Shown: positions 1-12,990 of the stretch, piece by piece
How positions within the stretch are numbered: position 1 is the stretch's first letter
Layout: every line of letters starts with the position of its first letter
Source: Camelus ferus
Taxonomy: Eukaryota
NCBI RefSeq assembly: GCF_009834535.1
Contig: NC_045696.1
Location: 9,984,001-10,048,000 of the forward strand
Direction of reading: 5' to 3'
Length of the DNA: 64,000 nucleotides
The notes under the pieces: model-generated
Told to the model about the DNA's origin: nothing
Seen by the model: the letters and a program-made list of their open reading frames with translations, nothing else
Databases searched by the model: none
Translations under genes and position numbers: made by a program

Positions 1-390
1 ATGAACTGTCAGTGAACTGTCAATGTTCGCATTACATTATAAGACCCAAGATATCCTTGCCTTTTCCTAAATCAAACTGAATTAAAAATAAAGCCCATAA
101 AACATTCATCTGGTTGACATGAGACCTCTGAGTTCAGGCCGTCCTAAATGGGAGGGGAAAGGGGGGAAAAAAACTCAGCTGCATATTTTCTTTTTCCAGG
201 CATTTAATATAATTTTTAAATTATCACTCAGACCAGAGAAAGAGTGGAGAGTCTTAAGATTGAGAGCTTTATCACCAAGGGAAAAAAAGCATTTACTAAG
301 CACCTACTTTGTGCCAAGAAGAGTGATGTGTCCAATGGTCTCATGTAATTTAATGGAAGAGAAAAGATACAACCATTAAAAATCATCATA

Positions 391-700
391 ATTTGCCAGA
401 GGCTGGGGGAGGAGAGAATGGGGAGAGATTGCTAACAGATATGAAGTTTCTTTTTTGGTCTGGTGAAAACATTCTTGAATTAGATAGTAGTGATGGGGGG
501 AGGGTAGAGCTCGGTGGTAGAGCACCTGCTTAGCATGCATAAGGTCCTGGGTTCAATCCCCAGAACCTCCATTAAAAAAATGAAGTACTAAATAGTGGTG
601 ATGGCTGCACAACCTTGTGAATGTGCTAGAAACCACTGAAATGTGCATTTTAAAAAGGTAAGCGAATTTTATGGTATGTGAATCATATCTCAATAAAATT
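391..700 (+). mobile_element. Old L1 (L1MB/L1MC-like) 3' end, interrupted by a SINE
   Basis: Typical L1M 3' UTR text (ttgccagaggctggggga...gatggctgcacaaccttgtgaatgtgctagaaaccactgaa...tatctcaataaa). Confidence 0.75.
495..588 (+). mobile_element. Camelid-type tRNA-derived SINE (Vic-1-like)
   Basis: GGGGAGGGTAGAGCTCGGTGGTAGAGC...GGTTCAATCCC (A and B boxes), A-rich tail, 16-nt imperfect target-site duplication (TSD) at 481-496 and 589-604. Confidence 0.85.
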
Positions 701-1269
701 TAAAAATGAAATAATAATAATAATGACTCATCATAGTATTGCAAATAAGAGCGGGGGAAAAAAATGCCTGGAGTAGAGTAGAAGATAGTCTACTTTCAAA
801 TGTGAGTTTTGCTCCTGAGCAAAAACTGTAGTAAATTTCCCTGCATCTCTGTCACTGCCCAAATTCCCTGAAGCCCTCCCCCTGCCATTCCCACTGCAGA
901 AGGCTGGTCTCCCAAAATCCCCAGCTTTCCCCGGCTAAAGGGACACCCCGGTCCACAGACTTCGGTGGAAGTTCACTTAACGGCTTTGCCCCTAAGAATG
1001 TATTTTAAGAGAACGCTGCCTGGCTTACAACGTGATTTGGAAATATGCTGCTGGCTGTGTTTTATGCATTTTGTCAAGTGTTTTAACTTTGTACTGGCTG
1101 CGACCATGAAGGACACAGTTTTCGAAGGTTGAAGTTAAATAATAATTTCACACCCGAATATGTTCAACCAGGCTGCCGGGCAGCAAGCTGCGGGGTGGGC
1201 ACTGCTCTGGAGCCCCAGGGGCAGTCTCACGTTGGTTGCACAGCGGCCACTGGTCAAGTTTGAGGCTGG

Positions 1270-1510
1270 GTAATATAGCAGTTGAGCCTAGGCTCTCTTG
1301 GAGACTAGCCAACCGACTGGCCATGTGATCTCAGGCATGTTAATTCATCTCTCTAAAACCTCAGTTTCCTCATCTGTAAAATGGCGATTCTTTTATCTAT
1401 AGGTACCTATGGGTTTTTCACAGGATTCAATGAGCGAATGAATATTAAGTGCTTAGACAAGCGCCCAACACGGACTAAGCACTTACTAAGTGGTGGTTGC
1501 TGTCACAATT
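1270..1510 (+). mobile_element. MIR SINE
   Basis: Core cctcagtttcctcatctgtaaaatgg. Confidence 0.8.
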
Positions 1511-1809
1511 GTTATGACTTCTCGCACTGTGGCTCTCTGACTGTCCTTAGGAAGGAAGGTGTTTGCCACATCTAATGACCTTCAAGGAAGCTGGCAACCT
1601 GGCTGGGTGTCTTTTGAATGTCATCCCACTTACACATGTCACATTCTAAAATAACTCAGCAAAGGAATGTGGGTCCAAGGACATCCTGGGGGAACTTAGT
1701 TAAGATTCCATAATGGAACCAACAGTCCAGGTTTTCACATGAACCATTTTGATTATCTTTAGACTTCAAGTGATTTAAGTTCAAGCGCCCACTCCTCACA
1801 GGCTCTCAA

Positions 1810-1985
1810 AAGGTGGTACCAGAGAGTCTGTATCAGAAACGCATGGGGCACTTGTTTAAAATAGGAAATTCCCAGCTCCCCTCGCCAAAGTCTACATCAG
1901 TGGGGTCTCCAGGGAGGGAATCCACATTTCCACAAGCTCTGCACAGCCTCTTCAGCCTGCTGGATTTGAGAGAGCCGAACCTCTG
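1810..1985. mobile_element. MER5-like hAT DNA transposon relic
   Basis: atcagaa...ggggcacttgtttaaaatag...attcccag pattern typical of MER5. Confidence 0.55.
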
Positions 1986-3599
1986 CACACCAAGTGCCTA
2001 AAACTGTCCATGCAGCAGCAGGTGCTTAAGACATTTTTCCTTAATAAGTAGAAAACAGATTAAATAATTTTAATGGAAAAATTTTAAAGGCTAGATGGAA
2101 ATCATAATTGAATGAATGAATGAGGCAGTCAGGTCACCTAGTTTCTTTGCTCCTCCTCATCTTGTTGTTCCTAATGGGGAAACCATTAACGGTGAAGGAA
2201 TTTTCCCCCAGTACAAAAGCAATATAAGATTGATGCTTAAAACTTAGAAAACACAGAAAAGCACTATGGGAGAGACAAACAAAAATCAGTACTCACACGT
2301 TACCACCTTGGACATATTTGTGTGGTTCCTTCTGGCTTTTTGTATGATGCATACAAATACATGATTATTTAACAAAAATATCATCATATTATACACTGAA
2401 TACTGTTTTCAACCTGCTTTTTTTTACTTAACAATGCATTACGAATATGTTCTCATCTCAGCGAATTCTTCCTCGCCATAATTTTAAATGGTGGATAATA
2501 TTCCTTCATAGGCATACTACAATTTATTTAACCCCTGTCTGATCATTGAACATTCAAGCTCAATGATTAATTAAAAATAAAGTGTACATGAAGATTGTAA
2601 TTCATATGTGTTCAGTAGACATCTGTAGTTTCTTAAGTCCTACAACTGATTTCAATCAGCAGCCAAGATTGATGGCTACCACCATGAAAGGCTGCTTCTA
2701 AGATGTTCTCTCGGGAAACCTTTGGTGTGGAACACAAACAAGGAGAATTCCCATGCCTCAAGAATGTCAGCAAACCTGTATTACATGAAGTCTGTTGATT
2801 CCAGGGTGCACAGCACCATCACAGATCACAAGAAGAAAGAACACTGGTCCTCGGGTCATCATCAAAAGTGGACCAATTTGATCCAGTGCTGTCGAGATGG
2901 CACTGACTTTACTTCTGATGAACAACCACTTTGATAACCATACAGTGATGCTCTGCCAATTCGAATGACTTGTATTTTTTTATCATTTCTGTCCCTTTCG
3001 TTGTTTCAGTTAGCTGCGAAGATATGAGAAGAGGAGCTTGCTGTCTCTTAGGAGCTCAGATGTAGAAGGAATTCCTACAAATGTAAAGATGTCAAGAAAG
3101 CCCAGAGTTTATAAAATTATGTTGCAATTAAGTTAGATTTTTTTAGCTGAACACCCATACCAATTTCTTCTCCAATATATATTACAAAGGAAAGGTGATT
3201 TTTGAAAGTGAAAAACTGATTCAAAGAGAAATGGCAGCATCTCCTTGAAGGCAGGGTCTGTCTTAGTTGCCTTCATTCCCTGCAGCATCATGATCTCTAA
3301 CATTCAGTGAATATTTGTTAAATGGATTCATGTCCAAAAGAATGAGTGAGTGAATCAGGGGATGATCCTCTATCCCACTTCAAACCATACACTATAAATG
3401 AACTGAACTACTCTGTGTTCCTGCCGATTTGGCCTTAATCTCTGAAGATCACCCCACCAATAACTCCCTCATTGCTTAAAAACAAAATAGACAGTGCTTT
3501 TATCCAGCCTTGCAATTCTACACATAGAATCAAAAACCCACAGAAATATGTCATCAGCCCAGTCTCCCCCCCCACCAAAAATAATGATGATGCAGGAGG

Positions 3600-3945
3600 C
3601 TGCAAACAAGAAAAGAGTCTATTTGGGGGTCATAAGAATTGCAATTCGGGAGACACAGATTTGGGTAACTCAGAAAGAGTCAGGGGTTTATAAAGACAAA
3701 AAGCCATGAGGTGTTTAAAAGTTGCTGGGGGAGAAATGTGATTGGCTCTGACGCAAGTCAGAAATTATTTGTCCTTAAAGAATCACAATCTGTTTTAGGG
3801 TCGGGGTCTGATAAGTAGATAGACTGTCGACCCTCTGGATGACTAGATCAAGTCAAAGGTCAGATTCCATCCAGGCTGAGATGTACATAGGTCACCCTCT
3901 CCAAATGGCCTCCCAGCTTCATTTTCGAGAGCTCTCTTCGCAACA
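3600..3945 (-). mobile_element. Probable ERV solo LTR relic (family uncertain)
   Basis: gagtctatttgggggtcataagaattgcaattcgggagacacaga resembles the antisense U5/R region of ERV1-type LTRs; ends in ...caaca. Confidence 0.4.
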
Positions 3946-5009
3946 CCGACTCCGTTTTGCTCTTCCTTCCCTGGTACTCAGCAAAATGAAAAGCCTCAGT
4001 ATGCTTTATCACTTTTGGGTCACGAGGGCCATCTGCAAGGTCATGCTAATTCATTTGCTACAGAAATGGTGGCTACCTTTACACTCAAGGGTGGAAAAAG
4101 CTTCCTTTACTCTCAAGTCACCTCGTCTATGTGGGTCCCAGGTTCTTGGTTCTGTGAGATGGGCTGAGACCACTGGGCTCGCCCTTGTCCAAATCCATCT
4201 TCCTTGTACTAAACTGCATCATTCCAAACAGAGCTCCAGCCTGATTTACCCAGAACCTCAAAGCAAGCATTCCACCCTGTATGCTCCTTTACTGATAAAA
4301 ATGACACAGTGACTAGTCTGCCACCAGGTTTCATCAACACTTTCTCGGGCGGTGCATCTCACTGTGGAATCCAGGATGACCCCATCTCTCTGCTGGGTAT
4401 TTCAAAATCCCATTGCACCACACACTGTCCTTGTTCTGGGAGCGCCTCCCCTCCTGTCTGTACGCATTCCTTGCCCTGACTTTTACTTTCCCTTTTACAA
4501 CAGCTAAATAACTGTGTGAAAGGAAAAAGTATACTTTTTTATTTTATCCTATAATTTCCTTTTTTCACAAATTCCTGCAAAGCCTCCACTGTTCTCACAT
4601 TTTTACTCGCAGCAAATATCCATACTCCTTTTTTTTAAGTAAACAGTGTTCAGTGCTTTCTTGTTTACCAGTATATCCTGAGAGGTGACTGTTCTAAAAC
4701 CACTAGTCTGTCTTGTCTTGTAAACTCCCAGATGAGAAGACCCAGTTCTGACTCACCAGCTGCGGCCGCTCCCCCTGCAGGCGAGCTCCTTCAAAAAGGG
4801 GCTAGTTTTTGACAATAACCACTTCCCAGCTTTCAGAAGACGCGATGAAGCTCTGTTCCACGTTCCGGGCCATGGCTCAAGAAGGAGATGAACATAAGAA
4901 TTAAAATTCCATAATAAAGAATAATCCAGGTCCCTCCTGCCTCTAGAGAAAGACGATGTTTAGGGAGATGGTCTTGAGGAGGAGATGACAGACAGTTCAA
5001 TTTCATGGG

Positions 5010-5190
5010 GCACTGACTCGGTGCCGGCACTGTGGCCAATGCTTTACAGGCATTAAGTCACACGATCCGTATAGATCCTATCTCCAATCTCCAGGTAAGG
5101 AAACTGAGGCACAGTGGTTAGGGAGGGGACTTGGCCCCGCCACACAGCTGGTGAGTGGCAGGGCTGGGATTCCCACCCTGGGCCGTGGGG
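5010..5190 (-). mobile_element. MIR SINE
   Basis: ggtaaggaaactgaggcacag...gacttggcccc...cacacagctggtgagtggcagggctgggattc. Confidence 0.75.
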
Positions 5191-6917
5191 CTGCCGAGCC
5201 TGGCACCTATGTCTGCAGGCACAGCAGATAATGACCAACCGCAGGACCTCAGGGCTCCGGCAGGACCGGCAATTAGGAGCTGGGAGCCGCAGGGTGTTCC
5301 TCACATCAGAAAGGTCCCCAAACATGTACTGTTCACTGTTGGCACCGCTCTTCCTAATTTACAGCCACATTTTTACCAAGTCAACAAACATTAGAATGTT
5401 CTGCATCTATCATGTGCTCCTTGCTTCTTTCATTACCATCTCCCGGGACAGGGGACCCATTGAATGGTATAGCTTTTCCCTGAACTGCCCAAAACCCAGA
5501 AAGAAAAAGGACTTTGACAAGAAAGACTTCGGTCTGCTCTAACCCAGGGGCCATCTTTTCCAGAGCCTGCGGAGGCAAGTACCAAACCTGCTGAGAGACG
5601 TGGGAGGGCTGAGAGGGAGGCGGGGAAGGTGACCACTAGCAAGCACGTTAGGAGGGGGAGTTCCCGGGGGTCCTAATACTGGCTTGCGCACTGAGGCTGT
5701 GTGACAGGAACGAGAAACTGTACCCCTCTGAGCCCCGAAACACAAGGAACCTGGATTAGAGCATCACTCGGGAATCTGTTTGTCAGGCTTACAATACTCT
5801 GACTCTTACTTGCCTGTGTGGGCTCTGATATAGAGGTTTGAATGGGGAAAGCTCTAGAAGGAAATTGATTCCAAGGCCAGAAGCTGAGTTTACAACGTGA
5901 TGAGATGGCGCCCCCTAGTGTCAGGACGATGCTTCAGAAACCCGGACCAGGCTGAGCGCGAGCAGTGACCTTGAGCGCCGGGTAGGTGAAGCTTCAGGGT
6001 AGGCACAATCGCTGGCGTGGAGAAGGGGAGAGAAGGTGCCAGTGCTCAGGGAGGGGTACCGGTTCCCACAGTACCTGGCCCTCCCTCTGTCGCCTTCAGA
6101 TCCTGGTGGTCTGTGCTGTAGACCCACCTAATGCAGCTTTCTCCAAAGACTCAAAAATATCCCTAAGCCATTTTTTACATGTTTATTCACCCTTTTCCTC
6201 TGAGGCAAATGCATCAGACCCCAAAGATAAACAGTTTAAAATCATATGGTAACAGCAGCTGGGGTCCCATAGTCCAATTTCTTCAACATTTTCTCTTGTT
6301 CAAAGCCAGATCAGTTCCAGCCCAGGGGCCTCTGCTGATTGGTGGGACTGGCCTAAAACCCCCTTTAGCGCCATGGATATGGCGCTATTTTCCAAAGCCA
6401 TTTTCCCATTCTTAAGATTTAAACAAAAAGACAAGCTACATGTGATGTTCTAAACCAGGGCTGCCAGCCTGGGTCCCCAAGGCAGCAAGTGGCTCCGGTC
6501 TCCAACAAAGGATCCACGTACAGTTCTCAAAACAAACTCAGAGGAGAAAAGAACTAAAAGAAAGAGGAATTTGTTGTGGAATTCATGCCAAGATAAATAA
6601 ATACAAGAATAATGCAAACATTTCCCAGGTCCTTTCAGTGTAACAAAATTCATAGGGAAAATCTTAACATCCTTTGCCCTGAAGATACTAACCTTGGTAT
6701 GTATTCTGCAAAGCTAAAGAAAATGTCTAGTTAAAGCTAATATTGAGGAGAAAACTTAGAAGTCCTTTGGTCCAACTTTGGAGCCTGAGCCTTCATGGAA
6801 TTTGTCAACTCGAAGCATCACCCTCAACATTAGAAGCTGGGCGTGAATACATCTGTCATTTTCGGGACACAGAGCAAGTAACAGGACCATGGCATCTCTT
6901 TTTGTTTGCTTTCTTCT

Positions 6918-7211
6918 TTTTTTTTTAACATTTTTTTATTGATTTATAATCATTTTTCAATGTTGTGTCAAATTCCAGTGTAGAGCACAATTTTTCAGTT
7001 ATACATGAACATATATATATTCATTGTCACATTCCTTTCTCTGTGAGCTACCATAAGATCTTGTGTATATTTCCCTGTGCTATGCAATATAATCTTGGTG
7101 ATCTATTCTACAATTTTGAAATCCCATCTATCCCTTCGCACCCTCCACCCCCTTGGCAACCACAAGTTTGTATTCTAGGTCTATGAGTCTATTTCTGTTT
7201 TGTATTTATGC
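6918..7211 (-). mobile_element. Young 5'-truncated L1 3' end (lineage-specific)
   Basis: Poly-T head followed by L1 3' UTR antisense text (ggcaaccacaagtttgtattcta...ctatgagtctatttctgttttgta); TSD tttgtttg(c/t)tttcttct at 6901-6917 and 7212-7228. Confidence 0.8.
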
Positions 7212-8277
7212 TTTGTTTGTTTTCTTCTGATTATGGTAGCGACACATGTTCATTATAGAAAAGTACAGAATGTGGCTTCTAATTTTTCCCTCAGTGTCAT
7301 TAAATATTTTTTATGTCACTAAACACTTTTTGAGCATCTCATGGTAATGGCTGCACAACGTTCCATTTTAAAAACCACTCTCTTATGCTCAGATATTTGT
7401 TTCCAATTTTTTGCTGTTTTAAAGTGAGTGCAGTGAACATTTTACACATTAACCTTCATCCAGATTTCTCAGTTCCAGAAGGGTTCTTTCTGGGTCAAGG
7501 GAAAATCACTTTATTTTTTTAAAGCACGTGCAATTGAGGGTCTCATGACACCACAGTGCTGTTTTTCATGCCAGCATATGGTGCCTTTCTAGAGAAAATA
7601 AAACAGTGAGAAATATTTGTTTTGAACGGAAAGTCAGCATAAAACGGAAGAGCTGAGATTTGATGTCTGGGTTTCGCTACCACTGTAGCTGTAGGCTGTG
7701 GTGTTGGGCAAATCCCTTTGACTCCATCAGCCTCAGCTGTTAAGATAACTATTTTTAAAACAATTTAAGTTTGTGCAGGAGGAAAGCACTATAAATGTAA
7801 AGTGCTAAGTCTTATCATTTCTTCTATCAGACAAAATTCTCTTTTTCTTTCCATATTCTCTATTTGTGCATAGCAGAAGCTAAGACAGCCCCACGTCTAG
7901 GAAATTGTTGTCAGCTGGTCCCTCTTGAGAGTTCACTTTTGAGGCCCTCACCTGTCATTGCTGGGCTTCGCCTATGCTGAGATCTCAGCAGACACCCAGG
8001 AATCCAAGAGCAGGCTAAGGGAGGCTTGACTGCAGAGGCATCAGGCTTCATTCAGGGCTTCTGTGTTTCTCCAATCGCCCAAATCACCAAGATATAAGCA
8101 GCGTCCACTGGCATCAAAATCTCATGCCTAGAAATACATCCTGAGACCCCAAACTGCCATTTCCTAGATAAGCTGCCTATGCAGGATCCAAGAAGTTTCA
8201 GTACCGATAAAGTAGGTGAGTACCAGACTACCTGCATCTTAAGTTATCCTGAGACTCAAAATAAAAATGAAACCAAA

Positions 8278-8403
8278 GGGGGGAGGGTATTGATCAGTGG
8301 TAGAGCGCATGCTTAGCATGCATGAGGTCATGGGTTTGATCCCCAGTACCTCCATTAAAGAAAAAACTAATAGTAAATAAGTAAACTTAATTACCCCCTC
8401 AAA
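8278..8403 (+). mobile_element. Camelid-type tRNA-derived SINE (Vic-1-like)
   Basis: tRNA-like head, tail aaacttaattaccccctc+A(n), TSD aaaaatgaaacca at 8263-8275 and 8404-8416. Confidence 0.85.
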
Positions 8404-8894
8404 AAAAATGAAACCAGATGTGCGCAACCACTTGATAAACTCAAAAACTCAAACAACCACACACTATTATCTCGGCAACATGCGGAAGGTTGCGGTGAGA
8501 TGGGGTAAACACAAAGCAGATAGAGGGAACCTCCCTGCTGCTGTCCAGCCTTACAGCTTACTTATAATTATTTATCAGCGTGATAGAGAGTCTAGAATTT
8601 TCCAAGAGTATCTGGCTCAGAATTTTTGACTTGTATTACATCTAATAACACCTACACACTAGGAGACATGGGTTTGTGATTTGATTTCTCATAGAATATA
8701 AGGTCTATAAAGGCAAGCCCTTTGTCATGTACTCTGCTGTACCTTCAGGGCACCAGAAGGGCATAGAAGAGCTGCCTACACGTAACAGGTGCTCAGTAAA
8801 ATGTGTCACGTAATGAATATACTTTCCATTAGACTTATTTGAAAACAGCCTCGGAAAATAGTTTGCAGGGGGAAGTAAAACAAGGGTTTGCATG

Positions 8895-9230
8895 CACTCC
8901 TAGTGAAAGGGTAAACTGGTTAAAAGTTTTGAAAAGCAGCACGGCCTCATTCATCAACGACTTTTAAAGGGCTCATACCTTCTCACCAAGTGGTACCAGC
9001 TCTGGAAATCTATTTTGAAGTTATCCTAAGTATGAAGAAAAAAAATTTATGTCTAAAGACGCTCAAGAGATGCAGCATTGTTTAAAATGGCACTCACAAA
9101 AAAAGGAGACTATCTGAATTATGTTCAAAAATTATTGATTAATGAAATTACAGAATATCCACTTGATGGATTATTCTGCAGCAGTAAAATGATGTTTGTG
9201 AAAATTCTATAACTTGGATATATCCTAATA
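8895..9230 (+). mobile_element. Ancient L1 (L1ME-like) fragment
   Basis: Degenerate ORF2-end/3' UTR text (gtaaactggt...ataccttctcaccaagtggtaccagctctggaaatctat). Confidence 0.5.
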
Positions 9231-9359
9231 TTGTAAGCATGCATTTACAAACTATACATAATTTAGTATCTTTTTTCCTTGTTTAAAGGAAAAAGGCAAA
9301 ATACTAAATTATGTTCAGATAGTGAGTCCATATCCATAATAAAAACAAACACAAAATAA

Positions 9360-9570
9360 AGAATATTATTGAGTGCCAGTCTGTCAGGCAATTGTTCTAA
9401 ATACTTTACATATAAAAATAGCTTCCTTATTTTCCCTAACAATCTAAAAGGCAGGTGCTACTCTAATACTTATTTTATATATAAGAAAATTGAAGCACAG
9501 AGAAGTTATATAATTGGGTCAAGGAAAACAAAAGGACTGGGATTCAAGTCTGAGCAGTTCAGGCTACTAT
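9360..9570 (-). mobile_element. MIR SINE
   Basis: tattttatatataagaaaattgaagcacagagaagtta...ggattcaagtctgagcagt. Confidence 0.7.
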
Positions 9571-10379
9571 CTGAAAAAATAATGGGACAACACACCAAAT
9601 ATTGACAACAGCTGCCTCTAGGTGGTGACAAGGGCAATTACATTTTTTCTACTTTTCTGCAATTTAACAAGTTTATTACAATGATGAGAAAATTGCACTA
9701 GGAAAGGGTAAATTAATTACTTAATCTGTGTGTCTATAATAGATCTGAGCAGAAAACCACTTTTTAATTGACCACAGGACCCCATTACTGCAACCAGGGA
9801 ACTCCAATCTGTGCTCTGCCAGCCAATTCTGTACAGAAGAGAAAATTAGAGTGAGATCCATTTAGGGGAAAATAGGTTGAAAATAGATTGTTTTTAAGAA
9901 TGCAGACGAACTAGCCAAAGCTAGTGTTGGATTCTCAGTTTCAATGTCACATTTGCTCAAACCCCAGGTCTATTTTGGGTCTGATTCTCGGATAATCCTC
10001 TGTTCTACTCCAAAGCAAGTATTTAAGCACCAGAACCTCACACATTTGCACAAACCAAGAGATCAGTGCTATATTCAGGTGAAGGTGGGATAGAGGTATG
10101 GAGGAGCAGTGACGACCCGGCTACTGGGTACTTAGCGTCCGCTGCTGGCGCTGTAAGTCTCGTATAAATATAAATATATAATTTATACACACACATACAC
10201 AACGCAATTTAGACTACCGCGCTTGGCGTGGTAGAAAGAAGGGGTAAACGAGCTAGTGGTGCTAGTGATGCACGTGAAACGGAACAAATGCCACCGTACT
10301 TAACTAAATGGAAATTTAAAACTAGGGACAATAAATCCATTCCACAATGAGAAGCATCAGTAACAAAAGATTTCATTTC

Positions 10380-10900
10380 CCGGTGCTGTACGAGCCCACT
10401 AGCCCCACCCCCAGTCCTGTGGGTCGAGCCCAGACAACCGATTTCTAAGGACTACAACTCCCAGCCTAAAAGAGATCCTGCGCATGCGTCCCTCACCACC
10501 TAGGCCTACATTTCCCAGCGGACCGAGGGGCTACGCTGACGTACGCGTGCGCTCCCGGTCTCTCTCGTCAACTCGGGTTTGACCTACAGCCGCCCAGGAG
10601 ATGATGGCCACCCCAGCAGTATCCGGGCTCTCCCGGCAGGTGAGAGAACCGCGGTCCTGGAAGCCTGCGGGAGGATTCCTCCTGGGGGTGACCCGTACCA
10701 GACGCTAAGCGCCACGGTTCGAGGTCGCAGCTGGGGAAGCGTGGCCGCCGTTCAAGGTCGTGCGGCCCGGCGAGTCGGGGAGACGCCGGGCAGCTCCGTC
10801 GGCCTCGCTTTCCCTTCGGGTCGCTGGCGGGCAAGTGGGCGTGAGGCTGCGCGCAGGACTGACCTTAGCGTCCTCCGAGCACAGCCCCGGGAAGCAGCTG
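10380..10900 (+). promoter_or_regulatory. ATP5PO: CpG-island promoter spanning ATP5PO exon 1
   Basis: Sharp local rise in GC and CpG content around exon 1. ACTACAACTCCCAGC (10451-10465) and CCTACATTTCCCAGC (10505-10519) resemble the ZNF143/THAP11 ACTACAnnTCCCA motif. TGCGCATGCG (10479-10488) is NRF1-like and TGACGTA (10537-10543) is CRE-like. Confidence 0.85.
10604..10639 (+). CDS. ATP5PO: ATP5PO exon 1 coding part (MATPAVSGLSRQ, mitochondrial presequence); an in-frame upstream ATG lies at 10601
   Basis: Translation matches the OSCP N-terminus; followed by a GTGAG donor at 10640. Confidence 0.95.
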
Positions 10901-11818
10901 GTTTGAGGGACACTGAAGAGGGAATCTGTCGTTGTGATCAAGCCTGTCAGGGGTCACCAATAATGCTAAGGGGTATTTGTAAAGCACATTTCACATTTTT
11001 ACAAAGAAAATGAGACCGAAGTCAAAACGACTTGTCTTTGGCTCCTCAGACAGTAAGGGTTAGGGCTGAGATTCAAACTCACAGAATCACACAGAAGATA
11101 AAGTTGGGGGGAAAAGTCGTGCTGTTTATACTGCATGTCAACGCGATGCTTTACATATCACGACACCTTACAGCTTCCTTAAACTTTCCCTAAGTGTTAC
11201 AGAGTCTTTTAATCCTCACAACCGGTATAGTACACCCCAGAGCTGCAGCTATTTGAAGGTGACCTGGGCCCTTGCAGGTGCTTTTTGAACTATGAGTATC
11301 TTGATAGACAAGATACCATCTTTCAGAACTGGGGCCTGTTCTCACATCATACTTCTGCGGTAACCAAAGAATTAATTTTTATTTTCAGATAGCATTTGGA
11401 TTCTAAGGAGGTACATCTCTTGCAGATCATACCTGGAATCCTCCCACTTTTTATTAAAATCATGCTCGAGGATGATAGTATAAATGCCCAAAATCTTGTT
11501 AAAATTTTTTTAAAAGACATATTTCGTCGAATTTAATGTCTTCTCTCTCATATGGGTGTGCTAGCCTCAGCCTGTTCCTAGTAAACTAGGAAGTTAGTGG
11601 GAAGGCACTTTCCCAAGCAACCTGGAATGATTCTCAATGGGGAGATTTACTTCTAGGTTATAAAAAGCAGCTCACTCTCAGGTAATCTGTGTTGTGATAG
11701 AAAGGAAGATAAAAAGCTAATCATTTAGAAGTCACATTTAACATTTTTTATTATTGGTTTAAATGCAGAAATCTTTCAAGTAATCTCACTTGATCTACTT
11801 TCTCTTTTTGTTTTAAAG

Positions 11819-11869
11819 GTGCGATGCTTCAGTACATCTGTGGTCAGGCCGTTTGCCAAGCTTGTGAGG
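11819..11869 (+). CDS. ATP5PO: ATP5PO exon 2 (VRCFSTSVVRPFAKLVR)
   Basis: AG acceptor after a pyrimidine tract, GTATGT donor, 51 nt, matches OSCP. Confidence 0.97.
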
Positions 11870-12879
11870 GTATGTCAGCTTATTCTTTTGTAGTTGTCAA
11901 GTAGATGAATGTGTCTGACTCAGACAGCAATACACTTAGGGCATGGATTTTGAACAGTTACTACCTAAACCTTCCTGCATGATTTGTGGTTCCCAAAATG
12001 TGATATGTGTTGGGGGCTACGGAACTGAATAATGCTGAAAGCCTGCTGTGTGACAGGCCCATCCATAACCTTTGAAGTATGAGAATTTCTTAAAACCAGA
12101 TAATAGTGATGGAAAGTAGCTGGTCTTCCCATTTTACAAAAGAGGAAACAAACTTTGGGAAAACTTGCCCAAGGTTATTCGGTTTGGTCTTAGAACTGGG
12201 CTGAAACTAAATCTTTCTCATTCAAAGCCTAAGCTTTTCCACTACAATCTTACAGTACCACTAGGTACATGTAGTCATACACTGATGGTAGTGTGGTTAT
12301 AAGGGGCCTACAGTTCATTGTAAAAATTAACTCAAGCATCAGGCACTTAGTAAGTTGCTAAAGGGCTCCATTAAACTGAACATTGATGGGGACGCTCTGT
12401 AAGGGAAATTTATAGTATTACTATCACTGTGAAATGTATCAAAGTATGCTTGTATACATTTCATAAACACCTGTTTTCCTGGCTTTAACATGTTCAGAAC
12501 TGCCTTTGATCAGTATTTAAAGCCTTCCAACTTGGAACTGAATAGTTAACTGAGTTTAAAGGAAGCATAAGCTCATCTCAAAATTCACGTAATTGAATTA
12601 TAGATAGAATGGAAAGGAACTTTAGATACCGTGTTTCCTAAGCCCCTCATTTTAAGATGAAGAATTGGGAGCGTGAAGATTGGGTGACCTGGCCGAGGAA
12701 ACACCCCGAACTTGTATGAGAATTGTCATCTGGGGTAGCTCTTTGAAGATATATTTAAACTGTTTTGTGCTATAAAAGATGTATTTTTTAAATTAAAATC
12801 TTTTATCTTGCTATTGATGGCATAATGTCTAACCTAATTTTTCTTTTCTCTTCCTCTCCTACCCCGCCTTTATTTAAAG

Positions 12880-12990
12880 CCACCTGTTCAGATACATGGT
12901 ATCGAAGGTCGCTATGCCACCGCTCTCTATTCTGCTGCATCTAAACAGAATAAACTGGAGCAAGTGGAAAAGGAATTGCTGAGAGTAGCA
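12880..12990 (+). CDS. ATP5PO: ATP5PO exon 3 ([37 protein letters not shown])
   Basis: AG/GTAAG boundaries, 111 nt, hallmark OSCP motif [11 protein letters not shown]. Confidence 0.97.

Noticed and set aside
495..570. tRNA-like sequences (also at 8278, 37641 and 46112)
   Set aside because: They have A-rich tails, TSDs and degenerate stems, so they are SINEs and not tRNA genes.
2580..3150. Segment that reads like an old interspersed repeat or retrocopy
   Set aside because: I could not assign a family or a coding frame by eye; it needs a Dfam/BLAST search.
3839..4312. 157-aa ORF near the LTR-like relic
   Set aside because: No gag, pol or env motifs and no other recognisable homology.
10579..11013. 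144-aa ORF over the ATP5PO promoter and intron 1
   Set aside because: Non-ATG start, crosses the splice donor in a different frame, and is explained by GC-rich stop-poor sequence.
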